64,000 nt of DNA from Octopus sinensis (lineage: Eukaryota): positions 124,001 through 188,000 of the forward strand of contig NC_043012.1 of the NCBI RefSeq assembly GCF_006345805.1, written 5' to 3'. The position numbers and the translations under genes are program-made. The notes beneath the pieces are model-generated. The model ran no database searches and was not told the origin of the DNA. It saw nothing but the letters and a program-made list of their open reading frames with translations. Shown one piece after another: positions 12,001 through 25,615 of this stretch (positions are counted from its first letter, which is position 1; each line of letters begins with the position of its first letter).

Positions 12001-12469
12001 GCGAGATGAGGAGGAGTGAAAGAGAGAGAGAGATAAAGAGGAAAGGAAACCAGAAAGGGTGAAAAATAAGAAGGAGAAAGACAGGCAAAGAGGAATACAG
12101 ACTGGAAGGAAGGGAAGGTCAAGCAAAGGTTTACAGAATTTCGCGTCATAATTATATATATATATTTATTTTAAATTTATTTTAAAACATCTTATTACAC
12201 TTATTTCTATCTTACAAACTGAAAAGAGAACTTCACAAAGTTAACTAAATTAGCATAGAATAATGGTTTCATATTTTTTTATGATTAAGATCTAAACTGT
12301 TAATATATCAATGCGAAAGTGATAGTTGAATAACTGTAGACCTACTTTTGGGCCATCATATACATACATACAGATATATATACATACATACATACATACA
12401 TACATACATACATACATACATACATACATGCCCATATACATGCATGTCAAAACCCTTTGAACTTTTTAA

Positions 12470-12674
12470 TGAGTCGCCATGATAGATCGTTAGCCACTAC
12501 ACACATTTTTTCTCTCCTTATTTCTGTCCTTGTTTTTTCTGTGTCCCTTTCTGTAGAAGAGCGTAGGCTCGAAACCTAAAAGCCTTTTTTCTATTCCTGA
12601 GTGTTATACTAATACATCTGTTTGTTTTATATACCACCTGTCTTCGTCTTTTGTCTTTTACGTAAACTCTCCCT

Positions 12675-12676
<2 letters not shown>
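12470..12676 (+). mobile_element. PLE-like terminal repeat with variant hammerhead motif
   Basis: CUGUAGA-A-GAGC(GUAG)GCUC-GAAAC at 12551-12575; ends at (TA)n; same architecture as 54.9 and 63.5 kb. Confidence 0.5.
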
Positions 12677-12710
<34 letters not shown>

Positions 12711-12764
12711 AGAGAGAGAGAGAGAGAGAGAGTTTGTTCCTTCTCAACTCATACTTTGCTCATA

Positions 12765-13068
12765 GGGCCGGTTTCCCGGTTTCCTTGGCGTATAAGTTCC
12801 CCGGTCCGTCGCAGGTGTGCTGCAAGATGCAGGTGTGCTGCAAGATGCAGGTGTGCTGCAAGATGCATGTGTGCTGCAAGATGCAGGTGGAAAGAGTGGG
12901 AGAAAGTTGTGGCGAAAGAGACAGCAGAAGTTCGCCATTATCTTTAGCCGGAGCCGCGTAGAGCTTAGGGTGTTTCGCTCATAAACACACACATCGCCCG
13001 GTCTGAGATTCGGACCCGCGATCCCTCGACCGCTAGTCCGCTGCTCTAACCACTAGGCCATGTGCTCC
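12765..13068 (-). mobile_element. SINE family C with internal 18-bp tandem expansion
   Basis: Head revcomp CTCTAACCACTAGGCCATGTGCTCC; GCAGGTGTGCTGCAAGAT about x3.5 at 12821-12890. Confidence 0.85.
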
Positions 13069-13133
<65 letters not shown>

Positions 13134-13163
13134 ATATATATATAGATATATATATACATATAG

Positions 13164-13194
<31 letters not shown>

Positions 13195-13891
13195 TGTATG
13201 TATGTATATATATCCTCCCGAACGTCCGCTGAACCTTTACATGTACCACATTCTCGGGTTGTAGTGTTTTTGTGCTTGTTCTTATTTTGGGGGATTTATT
13301 ATGTATATATATATATTATATATATATGTGTGTGTGTATGTTGTATGTATGTATGTATGTATGTATATATAGTAAATGTGTGTGTGTATATTTATGTATA
13401 TACATACATACATATTAATGCAGATGGGATAAAATCCAAGCTGAATCCTCTTTCAGAACATCTCCTTATTCCAGTATTGCAATCCAATATGTCGTTGTTG
13501 CTGTATCGATGTGAGGTACATATTAGAATTGAAAATTCTGGAGACCTCGTTTGGCGAGTAGTTATATATCAAAGCAGGACTTTAGGAAAATGTTTTGATG
13601 TTATTTTTTAGCCATTATTATTCACCATTGCACATGCTTCATTCGTTCATATAGATTACAAATTTGTACAAATAAGAAATATCTTATTACAAATACTTCG
13701 ACGGTGAAACATGTAATATTATTTGATTCTCTGTTTGAAGAATATCAAATAGGAGAAATGTGATATGTTTCTCTTACGTGTTAACTTCATAACTCATATT
13801 AGAAAATGAACAGTGTGTAATAGTGAATAAATAATACCAAAATGCGCTTCCAACATTCGGTTTAAAACACACATACATATAATATATATAT

Positions 13892-13940
<49 letters not shown>

Positions 13941-14140
13941 CCTCGTATATCTCTAGCGCTCTCTTATGCCGAACCGCTAATTTACGGGGACGCAGACACA
14001 CCATCATCTGTGGTCAAGCCGCTAAGCATTTCGCCCATCTTTGCTAACTATTCTACCAGCTCGCCGCCTTACTTATTTAACTAATAATAAAATCATTTTG
14101 CATCTTATATTATGATGCACATACAAGATTAGAAACCAGC

Positions 14141-14476
14141 GAGTGGCTGTGTGGAAAGTAGCTTGCTTACCAACCACGCGGTTCCGGGTTCAGTCCCATT
14201 GCGTGGCACCCTGGGCAAATATCTTCTGCTATAGCCTTGGGGCGACCAAAGCCTTGAGAGTTGATTTGGTAGACGGAAACTGAAAAAAGCCCGCCATATA
14301 TATATATATTGTCTTCCCCAACATCGCTAGACAACCGAAGATGGTGTGTTTACGTCCCCGTAACATAGCGGGGACGTAAACGCACCATCGTTCTGGGGTC
14401 GATTTGCTCGATTAAAGGCGGTGCTCCTGAATGACCGCAGTCAAATAACTGAAACAAGTATAAGAATAAAAGAATA
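14141..14476 (+). mobile_element. SINE family A with internal fold-back rearrangement
   Basis: GAGTGGCTGTGTGG...GGTTCAGTCCC; 3' GCAGTCAAATAACTGAAACAAGTA; inverted 20-mer at 14340-14389. Confidence 0.9.
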
Positions 14477-14902
14477 GGCAAAGTACTTTTTTCATACAGT
14501 AGATATGTTGGGACTTTATACATAAAAGTACATTTTATAGATTAAATATGATTATTGAAACAAATGCGCAGTATCATTCACTAATGATTATCTTTTTCTT
14601 CTACGTTAACAGCGCATGCGCTATGATATATATTACGCTGATGAAGTTAATTGTGCCACTTTGTTTATACTATAAATAACTGCAAGTGGAATATATTTCT
14701 CTACCTTTCTCTCTCTCCTTCCCTCTCCTTCTCTATTTCTCTCTCTCTATCTCTCTCTCGTCTATCTGGAGAGAAAATGGGCTTACACTAGAAGAATCAA
14801 ATTAGTTATTAAAATTTGGAACTTGCTAAGAAAGTATATAAAGTTCATATATTATATACACCCGCACACACACACGTACACATATAATATAGATATATAT
14901 AT

Positions 14903-14945
<43 letters not shown>

Positions 14946-16429
14946 TCTGTTGAGATGATTTAAAACGTAACATCTAATAACCTAACGGCCATTCTTTTCT
15001 TGTCCTATGATGAACTTTTCCCTAATACATGATTTAATTACTGAATTTAATTTTGGGGGCAAAATCGAAACAGCTGTAAGAGATATGTTTGAATTTTTGC
15101 AATTAATACATAATATTAATGCTATATCTCCATTTTCTAAATTTCAATATATATATATAGATAGATAGATAATAGATAGTAGATAGATAGATCATAGATA
15201 GATAGATAATATAGATAGATAAGATATATAGATAGATAGATAGATAGATAGATTGGGATATATAGATATAGATATATAGCTATATTATGTATGTATGTAT
15301 CTATCTATAATATATATATATATATATATATATCTATATATATATAATACTTTGATACTTTTGATAGGTTTCGCCATTATTAGCCCAGGATATATAAATT
15401 AATGTTAATGCATGGCAAAAGAACAGGTGTTACGTAATCCCTTTCATTAGTTTACAGCTGTTCCTGCTACAGGACGAATTGCACTAAAAAGAACTGAGGT
15501 CTACTGAAACATTTTAAAGCTTCCTAGAAGCCATTTAAAAAAAGAGTATGTTTATTACGGAAAACGTATTTATTTTTGGGTTTTTCATTTGTGCCAACAA
15601 TCACTGTTTGTTTCCGTTTCCTGGCAATAGGTTGCATTCATTTTTGTTTCACTGCATTTAGCTGTATCACTCTGTTATTTTTCTTTTCACTCCTATATTG
15701 TCATTCGTATTTTAAATGTTCGCTACTTCCGTGATGTTTATAATCACTGGTACATCCAGAGAAGCAGTACTGTAGATTAAAAGAGTAGAAACTACATTGG
15801 CACCGGACCCCGCAGCTGATAAGAGTTTGTATATGGGCTTTTTTTTCTTTTGCCGCACCGTTTATCTTTCACATTTCGTATAATTTTCTAAATATTATAT
15901 ATGTGTGTGTGTATGTGCATATATATGCGTGAGTGTGCGCCTACAGCATGTCTGCTGCTTAAATAAGTTTGTAGATAAAATATTTATTATCGGAAGTGGG
16001 GTGTCCATTCCCCACTGTTTCCTCGGCTGTTTCTTCACACCTGAGAATCTTAAGATCAGTTCAGAGATTTTCAGTCTGGTATAAAGATATTTATTACTGC
16101 AATGTGTCGGACTCCCCAGTTTCGATTATACAAGGAGACACACAGAACTGCATATGGATATAACCATATGCGTACAGATGTTATGTGTGCATATACTAAT
16201 GTATGTAGAGATATATATTTATTTGAGTGTGTGTGTATGTGTGCGTGTCTGTATGTTTGTATAAGAGTATGTATATATACTTGTATGGATATATGTATGT
16301 ATGCATGTATCCGTGCGTTTATAATCAGAGAAAACAACATGGATTTGGTTAAAGTTTAGTATGTTTACAAGAAAAATTGCTGAAACGAGAAGTAAAACTG
16401 TTGCGCAATGATCTCATCCATTTACACAC

Positions 16430-16447
16430 GCATATATAGATATATTG

Positions 16448-16527
<80 letters not shown>

Positions 16528-16564
16528 ATATACATATATTGATACACACACACACACACATATA

Positions 16565-16605
<41 letters not shown>

Positions 16606-16664
16606 TATATATATATATACCATATTATATACACATATATTGATATGCATATATGTATATATAC

Positions 16665-16695
<31 letters not shown>

Positions 16696-16741
16696 CAATA
16701 TAAATATACATATATTGATATATATACACACACACACACAC

Positions 16742-16780
<39 letters not shown>

Positions 16781-17000
16781 CATACATGCATATATACGCG
16801 CGTGCACGCACACACAAAACATACACACCATATATACATACATTTTATATATATCTATATGTATGTATATATATGTATATAGTATATATACATATATATA
16901 TATATATTATATAATATATATTATATATATTATTATATATATGTATGTATGTATGTATATATATATAATATATTATATTTATATATATATATGTATATTT
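16430..17000. repeat. (TA)n/(CA)n compound microsatellite field
   Basis: Direct reading; source of the many YI/HT ORFs. Confidence 0.95.
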
Positions 17001-17626
17001 ATATAAAATATGTATGTGCGTTGTTTCTGCGTACATGTACGTGTGTATGTGTGGTCTATGTATATTTGGCTGTATTTACATGTTTACCAGACGACATCCA
17101 AACATGTAAACAAAGATACGTAGGTGCTTGTTATAAACATCTAATGATGACTCTGTCTGATTCTTTGTTAGACACAAAAACTACTGTCACTGCACCCTAA
17201 GCTTCCCCCCCACCTCCTTCTTTTGATTATTTATTTCTTTGTTACGTTGCCTTCACTCTCCTTGTCTTTCGCACTCTCCCTCCTCCCCTCACTTTTTTCT
17301 ATCTATCTCTCACTTTCATTCTCGAGAAAACTACTTACCCACACATACGCACATACATACACACACACACAGAGGGAAACACAAAGGCACACATCCGTGT
17401 AAAGACGCGTGTGCACGAGCGTGCGTGCATATTTGTATGTTTGTATGTATGTATATATAAATCATCTCAGCATTTCGCTTTCTCTTCTCTGTTTTTTCCT
17501 CTTTTTTCATTCATACTCTCTCTTTCCCTCTCCCTCTCTCTCTACTCTCTCTATATATTATACATATATATATGCATACACACACACACATATATATATA
17601 TCTAATATATCATCTATATATATATA

Positions 17627-17673
<47 letters not shown>

Positions 17674-17912
17674 CTATATATATTATATATAATATATAAT
17701 ATATATATATATATTATATATATATATAATATATATCATTATGTATTTATGTATAATACATTCTGTGGGTGCAGACGCTTGTGAATAACCTTCCAGATGC
17801 TTGTATGTTGTATGAAAATAAATCTATGCATGTGTGCATATATATATACACATATATATCAATATATATGCATATGTGTATATGTATAATACATACATAC
17901 ATACATACATAC

Positions 17913-17978
<66 letters not shown>

Positions 17979-18215
17979 CGTGCGTGTGTGTATGTGTGTG
18001 TGTATATATGCATATATGTAGCACATACATTCATATATATTTGTGTATATGCGCATAAATTAATATCTATCGATCTATGTGTGTGTGTCTCCTTCTCTCT
18101 CTCTCTCTCTCTCACACACACACGCTCTCACTCGCTCACACACTCTCTCCCTGTATCTCTCTCTCTACATATATACTATATACATATATATATATACATA
18201 CATACATACATATAC

Positions 18216-18247
<32 letters not shown>

Positions 18248-19257
18248 CCTGCATACATACATACGGACAGTCTTACACATAACCCCATACCCATTACTTA
18301 GTCAGAAATCCTTTATAAATAGCTATAATACTAAATTTGCTTAATGTGCAGATGTCTATAATCGGTGTGTGGGTAGAAGGAGGCGCAGGGGTTGTTAACG
18401 GAGGGCTGGCTTCCGACTTAGGGACATGTTTTTTACTGACTAGTCATTCTGAATATAGAATTGAATTTATTAACCTACCTTTTGGCCCTTTATTATGTTG
18501 GCCATTTATTATTATGGTCCTTTATCTTCTTGCTCTATTTACTATCGTCTTGTTTCATAACAGGACACTTTACGTCATAGAAGGGCTTCTAAATTTGTTT
18601 TGTTCTTTTTATTTTACTGTTTTGTTTGCTTTTGATTTTTAGCAATTTCTCTTAAGATGTTAGATGTTCTGTCCGCCCTTTTCCTCTGGGATATCAACAT
18701 CGCTCTCTCTCTAGCCATCTGTCTCCTTCTCAATCTATATTCTATATTTGCATCATAAAATGGTATCTATATACCTTTTATCTATCTATGAATCTATTTA
18801 TCTTTTTTATTTCTCCCTGACTATCTATCTTTCTAACTTTCTATCTACCTATTTATATGTCAATATAGCTATCTTTCTTTCCTTCTGTCTAGCTATTGGT
18901 CGCTCTATCTATCTTTCTATCTATCTATGTTGACCCTTTTTGTATCACCTAGTTGTCCGGATGTTTTGCGTTCTTGTCCCATTTTGTATTTTATTATATA
19001 TATAATATGAGGGAATATTATTCCAAACTTACAGGGGAAAATTCAATTTAGAAATACTAAATCAAATTTCACAGAATATAATATATATACATATATAAAT
19101 TAGAAAAGAGAATTTGCTAAAAATCAAAACCAATTAAAATAAAACAAATTGAGATTATATTTAATCTTTCTATAATATGTAAATTTTCTAAATGGCATAA
19201 TTTAATTTTTCATTATTGAATTGATAAAGGTGTTTTTTTTTAATTCTATTTTATATA

Positions 19258-19306
<49 letters not shown>

Positions 19307-19359
19307 ATTATGGTGAATTGAATAATGGAGCTGACGCAGATTGAACAGAAATCGTTTTA

Positions 19360-19449
19360 TTTCTTCTACACGTGTTTCGAAAGGCCACCAATTACCAAAA
19401 TCCGATTGAATAATGGGACCATATTGTTGTCTTTCTCTTCAGGAAGAAA
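19360..19449 (-). ncRNA. Type I hammerhead ribozyme, left arm
   Basis: Minus strand: stem I UUUCUUC/GAAGAAA (7 bp), CUGAAGA, stem II GAAAG/CUUUC, GAAA, palindromic ACACGUGU, GUA cut site. Confidence 0.85.
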
Positions 19450-19621
19450 AAGGAAGTCCGTTGGAAAAACAAAAACAGAACAGAGGCGGAGCAAAAACAA
19501 ATCGAACTATGCTCCTAAGAGCCCATGGCGAAACTCTTTCGCCATGGGCTCTTAGGAGCATAGTTCGATTTGTTTTTGCTCCGCCTCTGTTCTGTTTTTG
19601 TTTTTTCCAACGGACTTCTTT

Positions 19622-19710
19622 TTTCTTCCTGAAGAGAAAGACACAATATGGTCCCATTATTCAATCGGATTTTGGTAATTTGTGCCTTTCGAAACACGTG
19701 TAGAATGAAA
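19622..19710 (+). ncRNA. Type I hammerhead ribozyme, right arm
   Basis: CUGAAGA 19629-35, GAAAG/CUUUC, GAAA 19691-94, AC-ACGU-GU, cut after A19702; stem I has a 1-nt bulge (GAAUGAAA). Confidence 0.8.
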
Positions 19711-19913
19711 TAAAAACGATTTCTGTTCAATCTGCTTCAGCTCCATTTCTTCAATTCACACTAATGTTTTAATTTCAATTATCCGCACCACGCACGGTTG
19801 CACGCAGATGGTTGTACTCCACCGTGCTGTTTACTGCTGTGATTTTTGCTACTAAGGTATCGGTTAACTTTTGATTAATCTACTACAAGATTATTCATCT
19901 TTCTATTTCACAC

Positions 19914-19950
<37 letters not shown>

Positions 19951-20184
19951 ATGTATATATATATATGCGTTGTGTGTGTGTGTGTATGTATTATATATTA
20001 TTGTTGTGTGTATAAATATATTCTATACCACACCACACCATACACAGTGTGTGTGTATGTGTGTTTATGTGTATAACTGTCTGGCATTCTATTGTCTGTA
20101 TCTTTGTCCCTTTATTTTTTCCCCATTCAAAAATTATCATAAATTTACAGTGTGAACTGTACTACAAGAGATGTTACTTTTTTT

Positions 20185-20600
20185 TTACTCTTTTATTTGG
20201 TTCAGTCTTTTGACTCCGACCATGCTGGAGCACGACCTTTAATCGAACAAATCCACCCCAAGATTTATTCTTTGTAAACCTTGTACATACTCTATCTGTA
20301 TCTTTTGCTGAACCGCTAAGTTAAGGGAAGGTAAACACACACGCATCGATTGTCAATCGATGGTGGGAGGTACAAACACAGACACACAAACAAACGAACA
20401 CACACACACATACACACACACACCACATATATATATACGACGGGCTTCTTTCAGTTTCTGTCAACCAAACCCACTCACAAGGCTTTAGCCGACCCGAGGG
20501 TATAGTAGAAGATATTTGCCCAAGGTACCACGCAGTGGGACTGAACCCAGAAACATGTTCTTGGTAAGCAAGCTCCTTACCACACAGCCTCTCCTGCGCC
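20185..20600 (-). mobile_element. SINE family A, near full length
   Basis: Revcomp head CTCCTGCGCC at 20591-600; B-box; internal (CA)n; 3' end. Confidence 0.9.
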
Positions 20601-20703
20601 TATGTTGAATTATATCTAAATTTGATTTTTTGATTTTGTTACATACCTCATACCTCCCCACATATACGTGCGTGTACATGTGTGAGTGCAGTTTTACAAT
20701 TAA

Positions 20704-20740
<37 letters not shown>

Positions 20741-20742
<2 letters not shown>

Positions 20743-21460
20743 GTCTGCGTAAGTTATTCGAGGACATACCCTTTCTGGGTCTTTGCTGTACTTTTTGCTA
20801 ACTCTGTATAATCTTTGTTTCAGATAATAATAATGGCAGACCATCAGCTTACTCAAGAATTGATGAGGCATGACGTCATTGTGGTTTTAAAGGGTGAACA
20901 TAGAGATTTAGAGATAGCTCGATTTTTAAAAGTTGCCAGAACTTTCGTCTACAAAGTTTCTAAGGAGTTAGAGACTGACGATGGAAACGTATCCTCAGTA
21001 TCAAAGTATAAATATCATTCAGAAAACGCTTTTGAAATCATCCCAACTTGAATATATCCAGCAAGTTCAACAAATCATTGATTACAATGTCAGAAAGTCC
21101 ATGAGGTCAGTTTCAAAAGATCTCACCTTCCTCTAGTAACACAGGAATGGATGGCTGAAAATTTTCACGATCACGTAACCCTTAATATTTGGCCTCCTAA
21201 TTTCCCCGGATCTCAATCCATTCTATTATTAAACGTGGAGCGTTGTTGAGAGAGAGAGATCAATGAACACGCCCGTAACACAAAAGATTCTTTGAAAGCT
21301 GCCACAGTCAGAGTAATGTCCAAAATGAACCAGTACCATTTCATTGGAGCATGTAGATGTCATATAGAAACAGTTGTTGAAGCTGCACGTGGCTTTATTG
21401 AATAACATCACAGAAAAGGTTTAATTTTATCCTCATAGCATTTTTTGATAAATAACGTTA
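20741..21460 (+). mobile_element. Internally deleted DD37D(maT)-like Tc1/mariner element
   Basis: MADHQLTQELMRHDVIVVLK..EIARFLKVARTFVYKV (HTH) and QEWMAENFHDHVTLNIWPPNSPDLNP..W.VVE...VVEAARGFIE*. Confidence 0.75.
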
Positions 21461-21495
21461 TTGTCTGCAACTTTATATATATATATATATATATA

Positions 21496-21646
21496 CAAAT
21501 AAATGGAAGAATGGAGTTGAACGACGATTAACAAAATTCCTTTATTCCTCGACATATGTTTCCACCCGTGTTTTTCTGACGTGATTTGCTACCCAGGTAT
21601 CGGTTAACGAATTATCCATACTAAGATAATTCATTCACTACTTAAA
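21496..21646. mobile_element. Minimal PLE remnant: inverted half-hammerhead arm plus forward 3' tail, in (TA)n
   Basis: 21496-21562 revcomp reads GAAACAUAUGUC-GAGGAAUAAAGGAAUUUUGUUAA (as at 9492-9557); 21580-21640 matches tail 19840-19900 (GGTATCGGTTAAC). Confidence 0.7.
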
Positions 21647-22056
21647 TATATATATATTATATATATATATATATATAATATATCTATATATATATATATA
21701 TTATATATATATATATTCTATTTTATAGACATAAATCTGACCTCAACAATCTTACGCTCCCTGTATATATATCATTTAAAACGGTTTCATTCGACTCCAT
21801 GCAGAAACCCGGCTTCTCTGGGCTCAGGTTACAAAAAGAAGAAATATACACACCCCAAGATGGCTACTGAAAAATGAGCTGTTATTGCACAAGAGAGGTT
21901 ACAAGGTCTTTTTTTTATGGTTTTTTTTGTTGTTTTTTTTTTGCGGGCATAGCAAATCGTAAGGTACGTTGGCATTTTAAATCAAAATGCTAAATCAATT
22001 GGTTTCAGGGTGTTCTAGAAATGAAACAGTTCTATAATTAAAATCTACAGGAGTGG

Positions 22057-22580
22057 CTATAGGCGCAGCAGTGGCTGTGTAGTAAGTAGCTTGCTAACCA
22101 ACCACATGGTTCCGGGTTCAGTCCCACTGTGTGGCATCTTGGGCAAGTGTCTTCTGCTATCGCCCCGATCTACAGGAGTGGATATAGGCGCAGCAGTGGC
22201 TGTGTGGTAAGTAGCTTGCTAACCAACCACATGGTTCCGGGTTCAGTCCCACTGTGTGGCATCTTGGGCAAGTGTCTTCTGCTATCGCCCCGGTCCGACC
22301 AATGCCTTGTAAGTGGATTTGGTAGACGGAAACTGAAAGAAGCCTGTCGTATATATTTATGTATATATATATGTGTTTGTGTGTGTGTGTTTGTCCCCCT
22401 AGCATTGCTTGACAACCGATGCTTGTGTGTTTACGTCCCCGTCACTTAGCGGTTCGGCAAAAGAAACCGATAGAATAAGTACTGGGCTTACAAAGAATAC
22501 GTCCCGGGGTCGATTTGCTCGACTAACGGCGGTGATCCAGCATGGCCGCAGTCAAATGACTGAAACAAGTAAAAGAGTAA
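22057..22580 (+). mobile_element. SINE family A, full length, with head tandemly duplicated (125-bp period)
   Basis: CTACAGGAGTGG at 22045 and 22170; complete body and AAGAGTAAAA tail. Confidence 0.95.
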
Positions 22581-23107
22581 AACAAAAAATTTTCTTAATT
22601 TTGTTGTCCTCTAGGAGATCGGACGTTGCTTCATAATGAAATTTCTGCCATTGGAAAGGACAAGAAGATCTTGTTTATCATTTCAAGGATATTTGGCTGC
22701 GTTTAATATCAGATCTGCCATTTATGAAAAGGTTTCTTTCTTGGTGCAAAAATTTGCATAGATAAAGCAGCAAGGTGTGATTTGAAGAAGGTTAGTTACT
22801 GCTATTTCTAGCGGATTGAGATACTATGCGGAAGTCTCCATGTCTGATTCGAGCAGACAAACCCATAGAACCTTAAGGGCGTCATACAAACAATAGAACC
22901 TTAAGGGCGTCATACCCAAACCACTGAGCCCCGCGCCTTCATATGTATATACATACACGCACACACAGCACACACACACATATGTATGTATATGTGTGTG
23001 TATATATATATATGGATATATATATAAACATATATATATATGTATATACATACGCATACACACACATATATATTTACATATACATATATTCATATATGTG
23101 TGGTGGG

Positions 23108-23161
<54 letters not shown>

Positions 23162-24124
23162 ATATATAATACATACACATACACACACAAACACATATAT
23201 TTACATACATATACATATACACATGTATGTGTGGTGGGGTATGTGTGTATATATATATATATATGTATATATATACACATACACACACATATATTTACAT
23301 GTACATATATTCATATATGTGTGGTGGGGTATGTGTATATATATGTATGTATATACATACACACACACACATATATATATTTACATATACATATATACAT
23401 ATATGTGTGGTGGGGTGTGTATATATGCATATATGTGAATACATTCATAAGCGCAACCACAGTCATCTCGTTTTTCTCTTATGTGTCTATCTATACACAT
23501 ATATATATATATTCATATATAAAGATAGATATAAATAGATACACATATGCATATATATATATCGATACACATACGCTCGCGCGCACTAGCACACACATGT
23601 TTATACACGTATTCATACAATAAGGGAGAGAACAAGAGCGAGTGTGTATAACAGATGACAGAGAGTTGGATGGATCAAGAGTGATGCGATCATCATCCTG
23701 TTACATAATATAGCTAAATATATCTATTTTTTTTACCGGATGCGAGCTACACTCCCCACCACTTCTCAAAACACAGTTCGCCTACCACCGCCATCACTAC
23801 CACTGCCAGTACTTACTCACACACACACACACTCACACACACACACACACGCATATACACACACAAACAAACACAAACACTTACACACACACATACACAC
23901 TCAGAGCAATAATAATATACTAGGGATGTACGAATGAGTCATGTTCCAGGTGAGACAAGTTCCACCATTTCTTGTACCGTTACCAAACTGTTCATCCACC
24001 ATTGTCTCCTTGTTGTTGTTGTTGTTGTTGTTCTTCTTCTTCTTCTCGTTGTTGATGTTCTTTCTGTGGTTGCTGTTGTTGTTGTTTACTTGCTGACACC
24101 ATCAGTATTACTCACTGAGGTGTG

Positions 24125-24303
24125 GGGTTTCTTTGTGCGTGTGAGTGTGTGTACGTGTGTGCGTGTGTGTGTGCATATGTGTGTATGTGTGTATATTTGT
24201 GTGTGTGTGTGGGTGTGGGTGGGTGTGTGTGTGTGTATGTGTGTGTTTGTGTGCATGTGTGTCCATATGTGTGTATGTGTGTATATTTGTGTGTGTGTGT
24301 TTT

Positions 24304-24334
<31 letters not shown>

Positions 24335-24480
24335 ATGTGTGTGTGTTTGTGTGTGTGTACGTGTGTGCGTGTGTGTGCATGTGTCTCCGTGCGTGTGTGT
24401 GTGTGTGTGTATTTGTGTGTGTGCGTGTTTGTGTATGTGTGTATATTTGTGTGTATGTTTGTGTGTGTGTGTGTTTGTGT
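24125..24480. repeat. Degenerate (GT)n tract
   Basis: Direct reading. Confidence 0.95.
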
Positions 24481-25420
24481 GCAATGTGCTGCGCCATCAG
24501 TCTCGTCCTTCTGCTCCCCAACCTCCACGACGCCAGCTACCCTGCTGCGCCACCCCATTCGGTATTATCCACCCGGTTAACAACCCTAATAACAATCTTA
24601 ACCAAAATGTAAGGAAATTTTGTTAGAGGAACGCATAGAATCATTTAGATGTCGAGGTAGGGGTCAGAGAGAGAGAGACAGACAGACAGAGACAGACAGA
24701 CAGACAGAAATAATGATAGACGAAGGGTAAGACGGGAAAGGGTGAACAAAGAGACAGAGGAGGGCGGAAGAGAGTGAAGAGAGATATGTTGAGAGATGTA
24801 GGGTGGGGAGGGAAATATTGGGGAAAGTAAAAGGTGTGATATGAGAGAAGATGAGAGGAGAAGAAGGAGGTATAATGAGAGAGAAGGAGAGTTAAAAGGT
24901 GAGAAGTGATGGGTGGGGAGTGGAAGGAGTGGAGAGATATGTGTATGGGGGGAGGTGTGGGGAGAGTGAGACATGGAAAGTAAAAGGAGGAGAAATGACA
25001 GAGAGATAAGAAGTGGGGGAGGGCTAAGGAGAGAGAGGAGAAGTCAAAAAAGGGGCAGTATGTGAAAAAGGTGGGCAGTGAGCCAGAGGGAGAGAGGAGT
25101 ATGTTATAAAGGAGAGAGAGAGAGAGAGAGCGAGTCGTAGAGAGGGAAGAGAAATAGAGAGAAACATAGAGAGTTTGAGGAAGAAATGAGGGGTGCAGTG
25201 AGAAGAGAGTATAGAGTGAGAAACATCAAAGAGGGACAGGGAAATCTAGGGAGAGTAAGGAAATTTAATGAGAGGAGAGATGGGAGGAGGGAAATGCGTT
25301 GAAAGAGAGAGAGAAGAGTAGATAGCACACGTGTGTCAATTGTATAAGTGGGTGTATATATATATGTTATATATATATATATACACACAAACACATACAC
25401 ACACATATATATATGCATAC

Positions 25421-25536
25421 GTGAGCGGCTGTGTGGTTCCCGGTTCAGTTCCACAGTGTAGCATCTTTGCTGGTGTTTTGTACTATAGCCTCGGGCCGAC
25501 TAAATCCTTGTGAGTAGATTTTGTGATAGGCAATTG

Positions 25537-25545
<9 letters not shown>
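25421..25545 (+). mobile_element. SINE family A 5' part
   Basis: GCGGCTGTGTGGTTCCCGGTTCAGTTCCAC...CTATAGCCTCGGGCCGAC. Confidence 0.7.
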
Positions 25546-25601
<56 letters not shown>

Positions 25602-25615
25602 CGTATATATATATA

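Larger units (their letters stand above)
19303..19912. mobile_element. Fold-back element: arms 19303-19533 and 19537-19769, loop CTC, unpaired 3' tail to about 19912, (TA)n on both sides
   Basis: Arms are reverse complements with a few single-base differences; axis GCCCATGGCGAAA-CTC-TTTCGCCATGGGC. Confidence 0.95.

Noticed and set aside
19325-19730. Mirror-image ORFs on both strands
   Set aside because: A consequence of the DNA palindrome; the same applies to 46260-46746.
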